Source: Pelagomonas calceolata (lineage: Eukaryota). From it: a stretch of DNA of 64,000 bases. The stretch is taken from contig CAKKNE010000001.1 of NCBI GenBank assembly GCA_918797485.1, positions 6,076,001 through 6,140,000 of the forward strand, in the 5' to 3' direction. Below are positions 1 through 10,793 of this stretch, piece after piece. A model generated the notes under the pieces. It did no database searches and was not told the origin of the DNA. It saw nothing but the letters and a program-made list of their open reading frames with translations. Within the stretch, counting starts at the first letter, position 1; each line of letters begins with the position of its first letter. The translations under genes and the position numbers were made by a program.

Positions 1-183
1 CGCGAGCTGAACGTCGACGAGATCGGCGGCATCGGCTTCGCGGACTTCTCGTCGTTCTTCGACGACCCGGCGTTCCAGACGCCTCTGTTGGAAGCTCCTG
101 GGATCGACCTCCGCGGCGTCGCCACGAAGAAGAAGAAGCGCTCGTTCTTCCACCGCAAGAAGAGCACTAAGAAGGTAGACTAA
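1..183 (+). CDS. 3' end of a gene entering from the left; possible EF-hand-like loop and basic tail
   Basis: Frame 1 reads RELNVDEIGGIGFADFSSFF...KKKKRSFFHRKKSTKKVD with TAA at 181-183 and GC3-rich codons. Confidence 0.6.
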   Translation, partial: RELNVDEIGGIGFADFSSFFDDPAFQTPLLEAPGIDLRGVATKKKKRSFFHRKKSTKKVD

Positions 184-204
184 TGTCGTTAGTCCTAGGC
201 CCCG

Positions 205-2441
205 TCAGTCCGTCGGCTCGCCGAGGGGTGGGAGCCGCCCCGCCTTCGCGAGGTCGATGATCTCCTTCATGCCCTTGACGGCCTGCTTCAAATTCGGCCA
301 CGCGGGCCCGTACGACATGCGGAGCCTGTACGGAAATCGAGCCTAAGTCAAGCCGTGGACGCATTATTCGAGACGCGGTGCTCCGCTTGTCAATATACGG
401 CGACTTGTGGAAGCGGCGGCGGTGGAAGGGATTCACGTCGAAGAATATGCCTGGCACGCAGATGACCTTGTGTCGGACACAATACTCGAAGAACACCACG
501 CAGTTGTTCAGCGGCGGCGGCAACGCCTGTGCGGAGAGACTCGTGTCGGCCTCCACGCCATCGAGCAGACGCAGTACGCTACCGAGACGTCCGCCCAGAT
601 GTAAAAGGTGCTCTTCGGCACGCGCGCCTTGATGCCCATCGCCTCGAGCTCCCGTACCATGTAGTCGCGCTTCTCGCGGAAGTGCGCCTGCAGCGCTAGC
701 GCGTCCTTTTCCACAAATCCAGGCTCGAGCAAGGGAACCGCGGCCTTTTGCAGCGGGTTGTTCGTGCCGCCGTCCATGAAGGAGCCGATGCTTCCCAACA
801 CATCAATGCAGTGCTTCGGTCCCACCACCCAGCAGCAACGCCAACCCCTGCGGGAAGATCGCGTCGATGGCGCGGAGCGTGCAAACGGAAAGACGGACGC
901 GGGAGGCGAGCGGCAACCGCCAATTTTTCGTGAAGCCGTTCACAATACATATAGGGTCCTTGTTGACATCTTCTACGAACTCCGCCGACGAGAGCGTGTG
1001 GAAGGGTCGGCCACTCGATGAGTCCTGCTCGTACATGTAGTGGGAATAAAATTCGTCCATGAGCATCATCGTGTTCTCCTGGCGCGCGATCTCGACGTAT
1101 TGCCGTAGAGTGTCTCCCTCAATCGGCTCGCCCGTGGGGTTCGCCGGGTTGCTCCAGAGAAACGCCCCTAATCCATGCAGTTGGATCTGGCGGCGTAAAT
1201 GCTCGGGCGACGTTCGCAAGCCGTCCTGGTCGTGGGCGATGGCGATCGGCGCCACTCCTGTGAACTCGCCGAGCAGTTGCTGGTACGCCGTGTAGTCCGG
1301 GAGAAAGTAGCCGACGTTGACGTTGTGGAGCGACGCCATCAAACGAGAGAGTCCCGCGCGGCCGCCTGGAACGATGGCCACGTTGGCCGCCGTATATTGC
1401 GACTTCTTGCCCTGGCGGAACCAGTGGTTGTAGTACTGGGCGACGGCGTCGCGGAGGTCGCGGCGCCCGTTGACGTCTCCATACTCATTCGTCTCGTCGT
1501 CGAGCTCGACGGCCAGAGAACGCTCCGGGCCGCCGATGGGCCCCGTCTCCGGCGCGCCCTGGCCGAGGTTGCCCCACGCGGGGTCGCCGGCGCCCTTGAA
1601 TCCCCAGCGCTTGGCCCGCGTCGTCGCCTGTGTGGAAATCAAAACTTCGCGGTGCGTGCTGAGTCGTCACGTCGACCTCCACGCCATTGACGCGTCGCCT
1701 GCTCGATGGCGTGGCGATGCCGGTTCCTTATTCGACGGTTTCAGAGCGGCGGCGTCATCGCCGAGAAGTGACTTAGTGAAGAATTATCGGGTGCACCCGA
1801 CACACTGGTTGATTTCCACACAGGTCGTCGCGTAGATGACGCCCGTGCGGCTCTGCATGGACATGATCTCCTCGCAGTCCGACATGGATTCCTGGACTTC
1901 CTGCCTGTGTGGACGTCGCGTCGATGGCGTCCATCTGTATTTGATTTCCGCACAGCCTCCTGCGTGGCGAGCACGGCGAGCAAGCCCTGGAGCTGATCCT
2001 GGTGGCTACCACCGTACGAGAGGATGTCCTCGGGAGCCTCGCCTGCTTACGAAACCGAGCTGTGAGTCGCGTCGATGGCGTGGAGGCGCCTCGAAATTTG
2101 ATTCACGCACACTGCTCCTTGCCGACGGCGGTTTCGCCGCCGCGCGGCGGTCCGCCCGGGAGACCGTCGGCGGGCGGAATCTCGGCGCCGCCGCCGCGGA
2201 TCCCTAACGCGCGGAAGTAGAACCGCGAGTCCTCAGGCGCCGCCGCGAAGTAGCGGTGGGCGACGCCGATGTCCTCGTCCTTGGAACGAGCCGCGACCAC
2301 GCGTTTCTTTTTGGTCGCTGCGAGTTTCTTTGCGCTGGGCCGCGCTTTCGACGTCGTCGAACCTCGCACGACCGCGCGCCGCGGCGAAATGCCCATGGAC
2401 GGCGCCAAAGCGCAGAGACCAATTGCAAGAATTAGCCTCAT
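205..2441 (-). CDS. PLP-dependent aminotransferase class I/II (AAT-like) with N-terminal signal peptide; 7 exons
   Basis: Exons 2441-2123, 2042-1964, 1904-1832, 1627-912, 847-583, 526-387 and 325-205 join to 1713 nt in frame. Motifs: NLGQGAPE, SNPANPTG, DEFYSHY, GFTKNWRLPGWR (PLP Lys), STFYIW, LRMSYGP. Confidence 0.88.
326..386 (-). other. GC-AG intron, degenerate Introner-like
   Basis: Removal joins YIDK to LRMSYGP. The 3' end GATTTCCGTACAG resembles the TIR. Confidence 0.7.
527..582 (-). other. GT-AG intron, degenerate Introner-like
   Basis: Removal joins WADVS to ALPPPLN. Contains TCGATGGCGTGG and ends TCCGCACAG. Confidence 0.8.
848..911 (-). other. GC-AG intron carrying the Introner core
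   Basis: Removal restores KNWRLPGWRCCW. Contains CGCCATCGACGCG. Confidence 0.8.
1628..1823. mobile_element. Longest Introner element (196 bp non-autonomous DNA transposon); intron is 1628-1831, GC-AG
   Basis: Perfect 15-bp TIR CTGTGTGGAAATCAA/TTGATTTCCACACAG. Perfect 8-bp TSD GTCGTCGC at 1620-1627 and 1824-1831. Splicing gives GVIY|ATTRA. Confidence 0.95.
1905..1955. mobile_element. Short Introner; intron is 1905-1963, GC-AG
   Basis: Ends CTGTGTGGA...TTGATTTCCGCACAG. TSD CTTCCTGC/CCTCCTGC (7/8). Core CGCGTCGATGGCGT present. Confidence 0.88.
2043..2122 (-). other. GC-AG intron, degenerate Introner
   Basis: Contains CGCGTCGATGGCGTGGAGGCGCC and a TIR remnant TTTGATTCACGCACACTG. Removal joins ETAVG to EAPEDIL in frame. 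Confidence 0.75.
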
Positions 2442-2858
2442 CGTGCCCAGTTCGCGTTGTCGGCGATTGACGGCGCAATAAAAACTAGACGAAGGCTAAT
2501 GAAAAAGCGCGAAACAGCTCGCGCGCGTACGCGCGGCGGGCGCGGTTCTGATTTAAAAACCCGTGTTTCTCACAATTGCCTCTCCGAGTCGCAAGCTGGT
2601 CGAGAGCTCTCCAGGGCAGTTCACAATGCTCCGAGGGCTAAAACGAGGCGTTGTTACCTGCTTCTAGTTTGCGCTTTAGTGTTTTTAGGCGGAGCCACCT
2701 GCGCGATATTTTGGCCTAGATCACCCCGAGTGTCAAAGTATTGTGGTTGGCGAGACGCTCACGAAACCCTCGAATCCCAAACTATTGAGCGCTGACGAAC
2801 CGAGCGCGGTTAGCGCACGGAAAAAATATAAATCTCTGCAGCAGACCATTTGCATTCT

Positions 2859-3140
2859 ATGGCTGCGACCGACGCTGTCGCCGTACGAGAGGTGGAAATC
2901 TCCTTCGCCGACACAATAAGCGGCCTCCTGTGCCTCGGCGGCATCGGTTTAGACGACGCCTCGGACGGCGACGAAGAAGAGATTTTGATCGATGGGCCGC
3001 GTGGGCGCGCCGACACGGTGCGCGCGTCGAGTTTGTCAATCCCTCTCGCCAGGGGCCCCTGCGTCTACCAATCTCCCGCGTGTACCTCCCCTGTGTCCAT
3101 GACGATGGCTTCCGAGCCCTCTCACGAAACCCGGAGCTAG
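2859..3140 (+). CDS. small hypothetical protein
   Basis: ATG-initiated ORF MAATDAVAVREVEISF... with an acidic patch; no recognised domain. Confidence 0.35.
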   Translation: MAATDAVAVREVEISFADTISGLLCLGGIGLDDASDGDEEEILIDGPRGRADTVRASSLSIPLARGPCVYQSPACTSPVSMTMASEPSHETRS

Positions 3141-3157
3141 TGTGTAAAGACACTAGC
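3136..3157 (+). promoter_or_regulatory. upstream GCTAG..GACACTAGC motif (8-bp inverted-repeat variant)
   Basis: GCTAGTGT-GTAAAG-ACACTAGC, about 130 bp upstream of the ATG at 3286. Confidence 0.6.
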
Positions 3158-3285
3158 AAGCCCAGGTGCTCGAGACGCGGGCGGCCTGGGCCGCTGCAGG
3201 CGTGTGCCGCAGGCGTCTCCGCTTGCTCGTAACGAGTTTGATTAGCACACGAACGGCTGGGTGCTGGCAATCAGCCCTGCGAGAC

Positions 3286-5345
3286 ATGCGGTGCTGCTTA
3301 CTGCTCTGCGCGGCGCTCGCCGCGGCGCCGGACCCGGAGGCCGCAGACACGGCACCCCTCGACGTCTTGCTCGTATCGGTCGGCCTCCACGGCCACGCCG
3401 TTCCCCTCGCGCGCCTCGCCCATCAACTGACAGAGCGCGGCCACCGCGCGACGCTCGCGACGCATAGTACAAAGGAAGCGAAACGCTGGGCGAAGGACGC
3501 GGGCGCGGAGTTTGTCTCATTGGGCGTGCTGGAACCATCACCACAAAAAAAGACGACGTCCATCAACGAGCGCGCGGCGGGTTTGATGGCTGCTGCTTTG
3601 AGGGGCTTCGGCGACGCGAAGGAGGAGAAGAAGGACGCCTGGGACGCGCTCGACGACGCTGATAATGAGGAGGAGGAGGGGCCGCTCGACGCTCGTAGAC
3701 TACTACTCGCGGCGCGGCGCGCGCGCCACGAGGCCGCCGCGCGCTACCTCCACTCTCATCAGAACGACTCCGAGTATGACGCGTCACTCATACCTCCATC
3801 GAAAACATTTGCGAAAGCGTCTCGGAAGGCCACGGCCTTGGGGGCGCTCGCTTGTTTGATGAATGAGTTGTATGTGCCACTCACAAGACCCGTCTACGAC
3901 GCTTTGTATGAACATTTAGCCAATGGTGGTAAAAGACCAGACGTCATCGTGGCGGACGTGGCGACCTTGGGCGCGCGCGACGCTGCGGATGTTTTTGACA
4001 TTCCCCTCGTCATCAACGCGCCTTCATTGTTGTATGGAAGAGCGGGCGGCGCGCCCGGCGCCGCTTTATCTTCCGGATCTTCGCGCTCCGAGAAGGCCCA
4101 GGCCGCGCTCGCGCCGAAACTGCTGGCGCTGGCGTCGTCTTCCGCATTAATGACCTCGAACCACGTCCGGCGCGCCGTCGGCCTGCGAATTCATTCGGGG
4201 CCCGACGAGCTCGTGCCGCCCGCGTTGCTGCGGCGGCCCGCTTCTGTAACGGACTTCCCGTGTGCCGCGCGCGCTTCATTACCACTAGATCCGCCGCCGC
4301 CGCCGCGCAACGGGACGTGCGCGAACGACGGCATCTGCGGCGCGCGGCCGCGCGAGCTCGTGCTCGCGAACACGGCGCCGGGCTTCGACCCCTTTGCTGT
4401 GCACCCGCCGCCGCGCGTCCTCGCGACCGGTCGGTACGCGGCGTCCCATCTTTTACGCCATCGACGCGACGGCGTAGTGGTTGTTGTTCTCGCGGACGGG
4501 TCGCGTCGATGGCGTGAGGGTGGTGTAGAGTCAGATGGGGCACGCTATCGCCGCGCCACGACAAAGACGCCAACGCAGGCCCGCTCCTCCCCGTCGACAT
4601 GGCGGCCTACAACGCGACCGCGCCGCCGGCGGCGCCCGCGTTGGTACGACGCTGGCTCGAGACCGCGGCGAAGGAGGGCCCCGGCGTCGTCGTCGTCTCG
4701 TTGGGACGGATGCCGCGCGTCGAGGGCTGGCAGGCCCACGCTTTAGTCAGGGGCCTGCAGCCGGACAAGGCGGGCAACGAGAGCGCCTGGCGCGTGCTCT
4801 GGGCCCTCGACGAGGATAGAAGAGATTCGCTGCCGCGCGAGCTGCCCGACGAGTTTAGGGTAAGGGGCCGCCTGCCGCTGCTGGCGACGATCGCGCAGCC
4901 CGAGGTCAAGGTCGTCGTGAGCCACTGCGGCGCCGGCGCGGCGATGGAGGCGCTCGCCTTCGGCAAGCCTTTGCTGTGTGTTCCGTTCTTTGGCGACCAG
5001 CGGGACGTCGCGCGGCGCGTCACCGACGCCGCGGCGGGTTTGTATATCGAGCCGCGGCGGCTGACGGAAGAGCGCGTGCGCGAGGCGGTATCCACAGTCG
5101 CGGGCGAGACATATAAGCGCGCGGCGGCGGCGGCGGCGGCGCAGCTCCGGGCGCCGGGCGGCACTGAAGCGGCGGCGGCGGCGGTCCAGGCCTGGGCGGC
5201 CCACGGGACGGTCTGCGGGCCCGACGTGGACCTGCCGTGGCACCGCGAGGCTGGTTTAGATAGACTCTGCGTCGCGCTGGCGGTGGTGATTTTGGTGGGC
5301 GCGGGCGCTTCGCGGGTGCTGAAGGCGCTGTCGGCGTATGCCTAG
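3286..5345 (+). CDS. UDP-glycosyltransferase (GT1) with signal peptide and C-terminal TM; intron 4430-4578
   Basis: GHAVP N-terminal motif, RPDVIVAD, and PSPG-like VVVSHCGAGAAMEALAFGKPLLCVPFFGDQ. Exons 3286-4429 and 4579-5345 join in frame. Confidence 0.9.
4430..4578 (+). other. GT-AG intron with two inverted copies of the Introner core
   Basis: ACGCCATCGACGCGAC (4455-4470) and GTCGCGTCGATGGCGT (4500-4515) form a 16-bp inverted repeat. Removal gives LATG|PLLPVDM. Confidence 0.8.
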
Positions 5346-5410
5346 AGGGGTGGCCGTTTTCAATTTCTAATTCTCATTTTAAGATGCTCTCCCCAGCTGC
5401 ACCGAGAAAA

Positions 5411-6145
5411 TCAAGCGTCGATTCCGAGATTAGCGCACATATGATTGTACCACATCTCGGCGGCCTCGTCGCCGGCCTCCTTGCGAACAATCTCGCGGCA
5501 CATCTGCATGTTCAGCTTCTTATTCTTGTCCGAGAACCGGTCCTGCTCCTGGAGGTGCTTGGTCTTGTCCTCAGCATAGGGAGTGCCCTCCGGGTCGAAG
5601 TCTAGCTTGAGCAGGGCCCAAACCCACGCCGTCGCCGTCGAGTAGAGGGCTTTGCCAAATGTTCCGTTGCCCGCGGAACGCATCATGCTAACGAAGAACT
5701 CCTTGTCCAAGAGCGACGCCAACGTGACTATTTCTTCGGCGAAAAGAACTTGGAGATCGACCGGCGTCTTCCCGTCGTCCTTCGGGACACCGGGTAAAGG
5801 GGGGAGGTGTTTCTCGAATAGGTTGCAAGAGGCGTTGCAAGGGTCAACGATGCTGTCGGACATACGCGAGATGGGTAGGGACTTGACGGGCAGCGCGTGG
5901 TCGATGGTTTCCACCCACTTGGTCGCGGCTTTCTCGAATTTGCATATATTGAACGACACGTCCTCCGCCGCGAGAGCTTTGCGAACTTCGACCTCGTACG
6001 CGGTGTAGGCCTCGTGGTGCTGCGCATAGGGCGACTTCACATTAACCATATAGGGCGGGAACTGGACGATGGGCATCTCCTTGAGGCTGCCACTACCGCC
6101 GCTGGCGGCGCGGGGGCGCTTCTTCGGGGGTGCGGTGGAAGCCAT
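5411..6145 (-). CDS. hypothetical protein with N-terminal NLS-like PPKKRPR
   Basis: 244-aa ORF with natural amino-acid composition; no family recognised. Confidence 0.65.
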   Translation of the reverse strand: MASTAPPKKRPRAASGGSGSLKEMPIVQFPPYMVNVKSPYAQHHEAYTAYEVEVRKALAAEDVSFNICKFEKAATKWVETIDHALPVKSLPISRMSDSIVDPCNASCNLFEKHLPPLPGVPKDDGKTPVDLQVLFAEEIVTLASLLDKEFFVSMMRSAGNGTFGKALYSTATAWVWALLKLDFDPEGTPYAEDKTKHLQEQDRFSDKNKKLNMQMCREIVRKEAGDEAAEMWYNHMCANLGIDA

Positions 6146-6530
6146 GAGTTTCAGATGAGGCTGGGCGGTGCTGCCGTCGCGCGGGGCAGCGGAGACTCGG
6201 GCAGCCGCGATGGCAACCAGGCACATGAGACAGACGCCGGCCAAGGCTAGTGGCCCCGCTCGCCGGCTCAAACCTCTCGCCCGGGCCAAGACTCGTCACC
6301 ATACCTCCTCTTGGTGTTTTTTGCGAGCGGTACGAACACCGGCTGCTCAGGTTCAGGCGATGAGAGGCTGTAAAAAACGCGTGCCTCAGCTCGACATAAC
6401 TCATCGGCACGGTCCACAAATTTGCGAGCGATCGCACTGGTGAACTGCTCGTTACATAAAAAAAATTTGAGGCGCCGCGCTGCGCCTGTCAGTAGAATCA
6501 GCTAGCCTGCAGCAGAGGTGCTACATAGCA

Positions 6531-7460
6531 ATGGCCGAGCCAGACATCGAAGAGCACGTCTCCTTGGACCTGCACCACCTGAGCGCCACGTACAAAGTGC
6601 CCGCGGAAACGGGCGAAGCGCTGACGGCGCAGGCGCGCGACGCGACGCAGCTGCTGGTCGCCGGGTTGTTTGCGCTGCCCGTCGAAAAGACGAACGAGGG
6701 CCCCGTCATCACGCTGCCCGCCGCGACGACGGCGCTGCCGCGCGAAAAGCCCGTGCCCCAGCCGCGCGCCGAGACGAAGTGGGAGAAGTTCGCCAAGGAG
6801 AAGGGCATCGCCCCCAAAAAGAAGAGGTCCCGCATGGCCTGGGACGAGGAGCGGGAGAAGTGGGCGCCGGCCTGGGGCTACGACAAGGTGGGCGGCGACG
6901 AGGCGGACGCGCCGATCATCGAGGTCTCCGAGCGCGACGCGGCCGAGGGCGTGGACCCGCGCGAGGAGGCGCGCGCCGAGAAGAAGGCGCGCGTCGCCAA
7001 GAACGCCGCGCAGCGCGACGCCAACGACGCGCGGGCCCGCAAAAAGAAAAGAGGGCCCGAGCCGGAGGGCGTGCCGTCCGGCCTGCCCGTCGACCTGCAA
7101 GGGAAAAAGAAGGGCAAGGCCGGCGTCAAGGGCGCGCTCGAGCGCGCCCAGGTCGCGACGGCGTCGCTCGGCCAGTTCGACGCCGTCGTCGCCGGCGAGG
7201 GCAAGCGGCCGTCGGGGCCCGCGCGCGGCCGCAAGCGCCAGTTCCTGAGCGTCGCGTCCGCGCGGGGCTCCGACGCGGCGCGCGCCTCGGCCATCCTCCA
7301 GGACCTCGAGCGGCCGCGCGCGAAGCGGCCCGGCAAGGGCGAGGCGGAGCGCATGGACACGCACGACGGCGAGCTGCCGAACGAGAGCGGCTTCAAGCGC
7401 AAGAAGGGGAAAGCCGCCGCGGGCAAGTCGAAGAAGATCACGAAGAAGCGTGGCATGTAA
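6531..7460 (+). CDS. RRS1: ribosome biogenesis regulatory protein RRS1
   Basis: LPREKPVP..ETKWEKFAKEKGI..KKKRSRMAWDE..WAPAWGY and ATASLGQFD motifs. Confidence 0.92.
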   Translation: MAEPDIEEHVSLDLHHLSATYKVPAETGEALTAQARDATQLLVAGLFALPVEKTNEGPVITLPAATTALPREKPVPQPRAETKWEKFAKEKGIAPKKKRSRMAWDEEREKWAPAWGYDKVGGDEADAPIIEVSERDAAEGVDPREEARAEKKARVAKNAAQRDANDARARKKKRGPEPEGVPSGLPVDLQGKKKGKAGVKGALERAQVATASLGQFDAVVAGEGKRPSGPARGRKRQFLSVASARGSDAARASAILQDLERPRAKRPGKGEAERMDTHDGELPNESGFKRKKGKAAAGKSKKITKKRGM

Positions 7461-7541
7461 GAAACTGTGACACAACATTAACCATTCACTAGTAGGGCCG
7501 GGAGCAGCACGCCATCGATGCGTCGCGTCGACAGCTTCAGA

Positions 7542-8279
7542 TCACCAGCCGTGCGCGCTGTACGGCTTGATGCTGCGGAGCCTCGAGATCCGGAGCCGCT
7601 CGGCCCGGCTGTCGACGACGGCTTCGCGGATGACCGCCATTTCTCCCTCGCCGACGCCCGCGCTCCGACGGCCGACGCCTGCCCAGACGACGCTCGAAGA
7701 CCCGCGGCCCGCCGTCAGGAGGTGTGAGACTTTCGAATTGGTGCGCCCGTCCTCGAGGTACTGCTGCTCCGGGAGCATAGCCGTAGAGTTCACGATCTTG
7801 GGTTTCCCGAACGCATCCGAGTATTCCAGCACGGCACCAAACACAAGGTCGCTCTCCTCACGTCGTCGCGTCGCGCCTTTCGAGATCGGCAAGTCCTCGT
7901 ACTCCGCCACCGGCTTGAGTCGTCGAGCGTCCTCGTGGTCGGTGAGCGGCGGCGGCAGCAGCATCTCCACGAATTCGACGGCGTTTTTCTTGCGCTCTGC
8001 TATGCACTTCCCCAGTGCATCGCCCGCGACGGCGTGGTCGGTAGCACTGCCCACGGCTCGCAGCGCCGTGCCGCGCGGACCCTCGATTATCATCGGTGAG
8101 GCGTCGCTGGGCGCTTTGGACGTCGCCTGCCGCACGAGCGCCGCGACGCTCGGGCTCTGCCACGGCTGGGCAGCCAAAGCTCGGTGGGCGGTCTCCCGGG
8201 CGCGGCGCCGGCGCCGTGGTGGATCTGCAGAGGAGGGGCGGCGGCGGGGCCGGCCGCGCGCGGTCGAGGGGCCCAGCAT
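7542..8279 (-). CDS. hypothetical protein
   Basis: Open frame MLGPSTARG...LRSIKPYSAHGW with coding-like codon use; start uncertain. Confidence 0.55.
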   Translation of the reverse strand: MLGPSTARGRPRRRPSSADPPRRRRRARETAHRALAAQPWQSPSVAALVRQATSKAPSDASPMIIEGPRGTALRAVGSATDHAVAGDALGKCIAERKKNAVEFVEMLLPPPLTDHEDARRLKPVAEYEDLPISKGATRRREESDLVFGAVLEYSDAFGKPKIVNSTAMLPEQQYLEDGRTNSKVSHLLTAGRGSSSVVWAGVGRRSAGVGEGEMAVIREAVVDSRAERLRISRLRSIKPYSAHGW

Positions 8280-8937
8280 CGATCGATGGCTCGTTCTAGG
8301 CTGCCCACTGCCTGATTTATCTCCGTGGCAGCAGCGCCTTGCAAAGCGCTCTGCCGCGCGCGCGGCTAGCGGGCTCCAAACCAGGAGTAGTCGGCGGGGA
8401 CTGATTGCTGCCGAGAGATCCGCCGGGCTCTTAGAATGGCGCGCTGCTTTCTTGCGATGGAGCCCGCGTCGGCGCGCCCCGCGGCGATGGACCGGGCCCA
8501 CACCTGTCTCCAGAGGTAGCAGGCGTACGAGGCCAGCCACCTGCCTTACTTCTGGATTTTCTTTCGAGTGCCGTTGCCATCACAATTCGCGACCTACGCT
8601 AATGTACTCGTAGTTGGTAAAGCTGCGTGTCTCAAAAGCGGCACGCAAACGCAGCCCAAAAGGTACGCGCCCACACGAGAGTGAGCGTAAAGTAGCCGAG
8701 ACGCCCTACAGAGACGCCGCGCGCAAAAAACGCGCAGCCCGGGCGCCCCGCGCACGCATTTCTACAAGCCCCAGCGAAAAGCCCCAGCTAAGGCCGGGGC
8801 GGCGCGCGGCGCCCCCGCCCGCGCAACGCCGCAGCGGCCACACCGACGCAGCTCCCGGCACATAGTCAACATTTACGGCCGCGCCCCGCAGGCACAACCA
8901 CACCGCCGGCGCCGCCGCGGATTCACCGGCATCTCCC

Positions 8938-10062
8938 ATGGACGAGACCAAGGCGGCCGACGCCGCCGCCCTCGACGCCTCGATCCTGCCCACCATGGCC
9001 GCCGCCGAGGCCACGCTCCAGGAGCTCGACGCCGTCGTCAAGCCCGAGCCCACGATAGACGCGCTCAGCATCAACACCTACGCCGGGCCGCCGCCGCGCA
9101 CGTCGGGGCGCCGCCGCAAGCCCTCGGTCCTCGTGCACCAGGTCTCCGTCGACGAGGACGACGGCGGGCTCTACGTCCAGCCCGCACCGCGGCCCGTCTA
9201 CCAGGGCGGCGTCCGCCTCAGCGCGTTACGGGTGAAACAGCTCGTCGACTCGGACCAGGCGACCCTCGACCGGGACGAGATCTGCGAGGCCATGGACGTC
9301 GACGGCAAGGTGAGCCAGACGGACTACGGGCGGTGCGGCGGCATGCTCTCCGGGCGATTGGGACCGAACAAGTTCATTGTTGATTATGCTAAGGGCCTGC
9401 GGTCGAAGTGCAAGCGCCACCGCTGCAAGCACGCCTTTAGGGACGGCGAGCTAAGGGTCGGCAAGATCCCGCCGCGCGCGCGCAAGGACGTGCCGGCGCG
9501 CCGCGTCCACTGGTACCACCCCGCCTGCATCTTCAAGTCGTTTGAGCGGGCGTCCAAGAAGACGAAGACCATCGATACTATTGAAGAGATCGAGGGTTTT
9601 GAAGAACTCCACAAGGCGGACCAGCGCGACCTCGCGAAGCGCGTCGACGAGTGGGCCGCGCGCAAGGCCGAATCCCTAGCTATGTACAAGCCCAAGAAGA
9701 AGAAGGCGCGCCGCGAGTCGCCGTCGGCCGTGGCCCTGGCGCTCGCCGTCGCGGAAGCCGCGGCCGCGCCCAAGAAGCTGAGGATGGACCCGGGCGGCTC
9801 CGAGTTCGTCACGCCGCCGTCGTCGCCGAAACCCAAGGTGCGCACGGTCACGCCCTGCGACGGGCCGTCCAGCGACGAGGACGTTTCGTTAGATGGCTCG
9901 TCCCATTGTATGTTCTTACCGGAGCCCGTCATCAGTGTCGAGGAGTCCATGGAGATGCCTCTGATGGAGATGCCGCTCGACTCCCTGGCCTACGTGGACG
10001 CGAACGACACGTTGGATTTTGGCGCGCTGCTCCCGAGCATCTTCGATGAAGTGGAGGGCTGA
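8938..10062 (+). CDS. PARP-type zinc finger protein
   Basis: DYAKGLRSKCKRHRCKHAF..GELRVG..HWYHPACIF..IEGFEELHKADQ, followed by a basic NLS and an acidic tail. Confidence 0.85.
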   Translation: MDETKAADAAALDASILPTMAAAEATLQELDAVVKPEPTIDALSINTYAGPPPRTSGRRRKPSVLVHQVSVDEDDGGLYVQPAPRPVYQGGVRLSALRVKQLVDSDQATLDRDEICEAMDVDGKVSQTDYGRCGGMLSGRLGPNKFIVDYAKGLRSKCKRHRCKHAFRDGELRVGKIPPRARKDVPARRVHWYHPACIFKSFERASKKTKTIDTIEEIEGFEELHKADQRDLAKRVDEWAARKAESLAMYKPKKKKARRESPSAVALALAVAEAAAAPKKLRMDPGGSEFVTPPSSPKPKVRTVTPCDGPSSDEDVSLDGSSHCMFLPEPVISVEESMEMPLMEMPLDSLAYVDANDTLDFGALLPSIFDEVEG

Positions 10063-10722
10063 GCGGGACTTCTTCTGATTGCGGAAGAAGTCTAACCCCG
10101 CCGCCCTGTTCTGTCGAAGCCCCTACCCCCTACCCCCTTACGGCGACCGCGCCTGCACGAGGCGCCGCCACCGCCGACGGCACCTGTCAAAAAGTCAACA
10201 ACTGTACGCCGCCGGCGACGACCCCCTGTACCCCGGTTATCTCCTGTCCACTGTCCCAAATGTAAGAAGTAGGCATGTATTTATCATCTCCTGGTGGCGC
10301 GAGGCGCGGGCCGGCGGTCGCTGTTTTTCTTCCGTGTTCCAAGTGTCCGGATGGGTCTGTTTATAGGTGCGCCGCGTCGAAGGCGTGCGCGGCGCCGTCG
10401 TCTTCGGTGGTCATGGCTCTCCAGCATCGGCGCGGCCGCCGGCCGGTGCGGCTTGTTGTTGTTTGCCTCCGGTCCCAAGTGTCCAAGTCATCAGTCCAAA
10501 GGTGCTTTGCGCCGGCAGGCGTGCGCTCGTCGTCTTCGAGATTGGCTCTCCAACAATCGAGCTGGCCGCGAGGCGCCGTCTCCGCACGCCTGTACGACGC
10601 CATTTGTGGTGATACCGAGCTATAAGTCAAGCGAGTGCTACATAAATCTGCGGGCATCAGTTCTTGACGAAGCAATCGCGGTGCCAGCGCATTTTGCAGA
10701 AACTGAGAGGCAGGGCAGTGGC

Positions 10723-10784
10723 CAGCATCAGCGCTCAAATCCAGCGCTACGGACAGCACCAGCGCTCGAATCCAGCGCTACGGA
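10723..10784 (+). repeat. 31-bp tandem duplication just 5' of a start codon
   Basis: CAGCATCAGCGCTCAAATCCAGCGCTACGGA followed by CAGCACCAGCGCTCGAATCCAGCGCTACGGA. Confidence 0.85.
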
Positions 10785-10793
10785 CGCCAGCGG

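Noticed and set aside
319..386. 7-bp inverted repeat (GCGGAGC/GCTCCGC) between intron start and next exon
   Set aside because: Too short in GC-rich DNA and not seen at the other introns.
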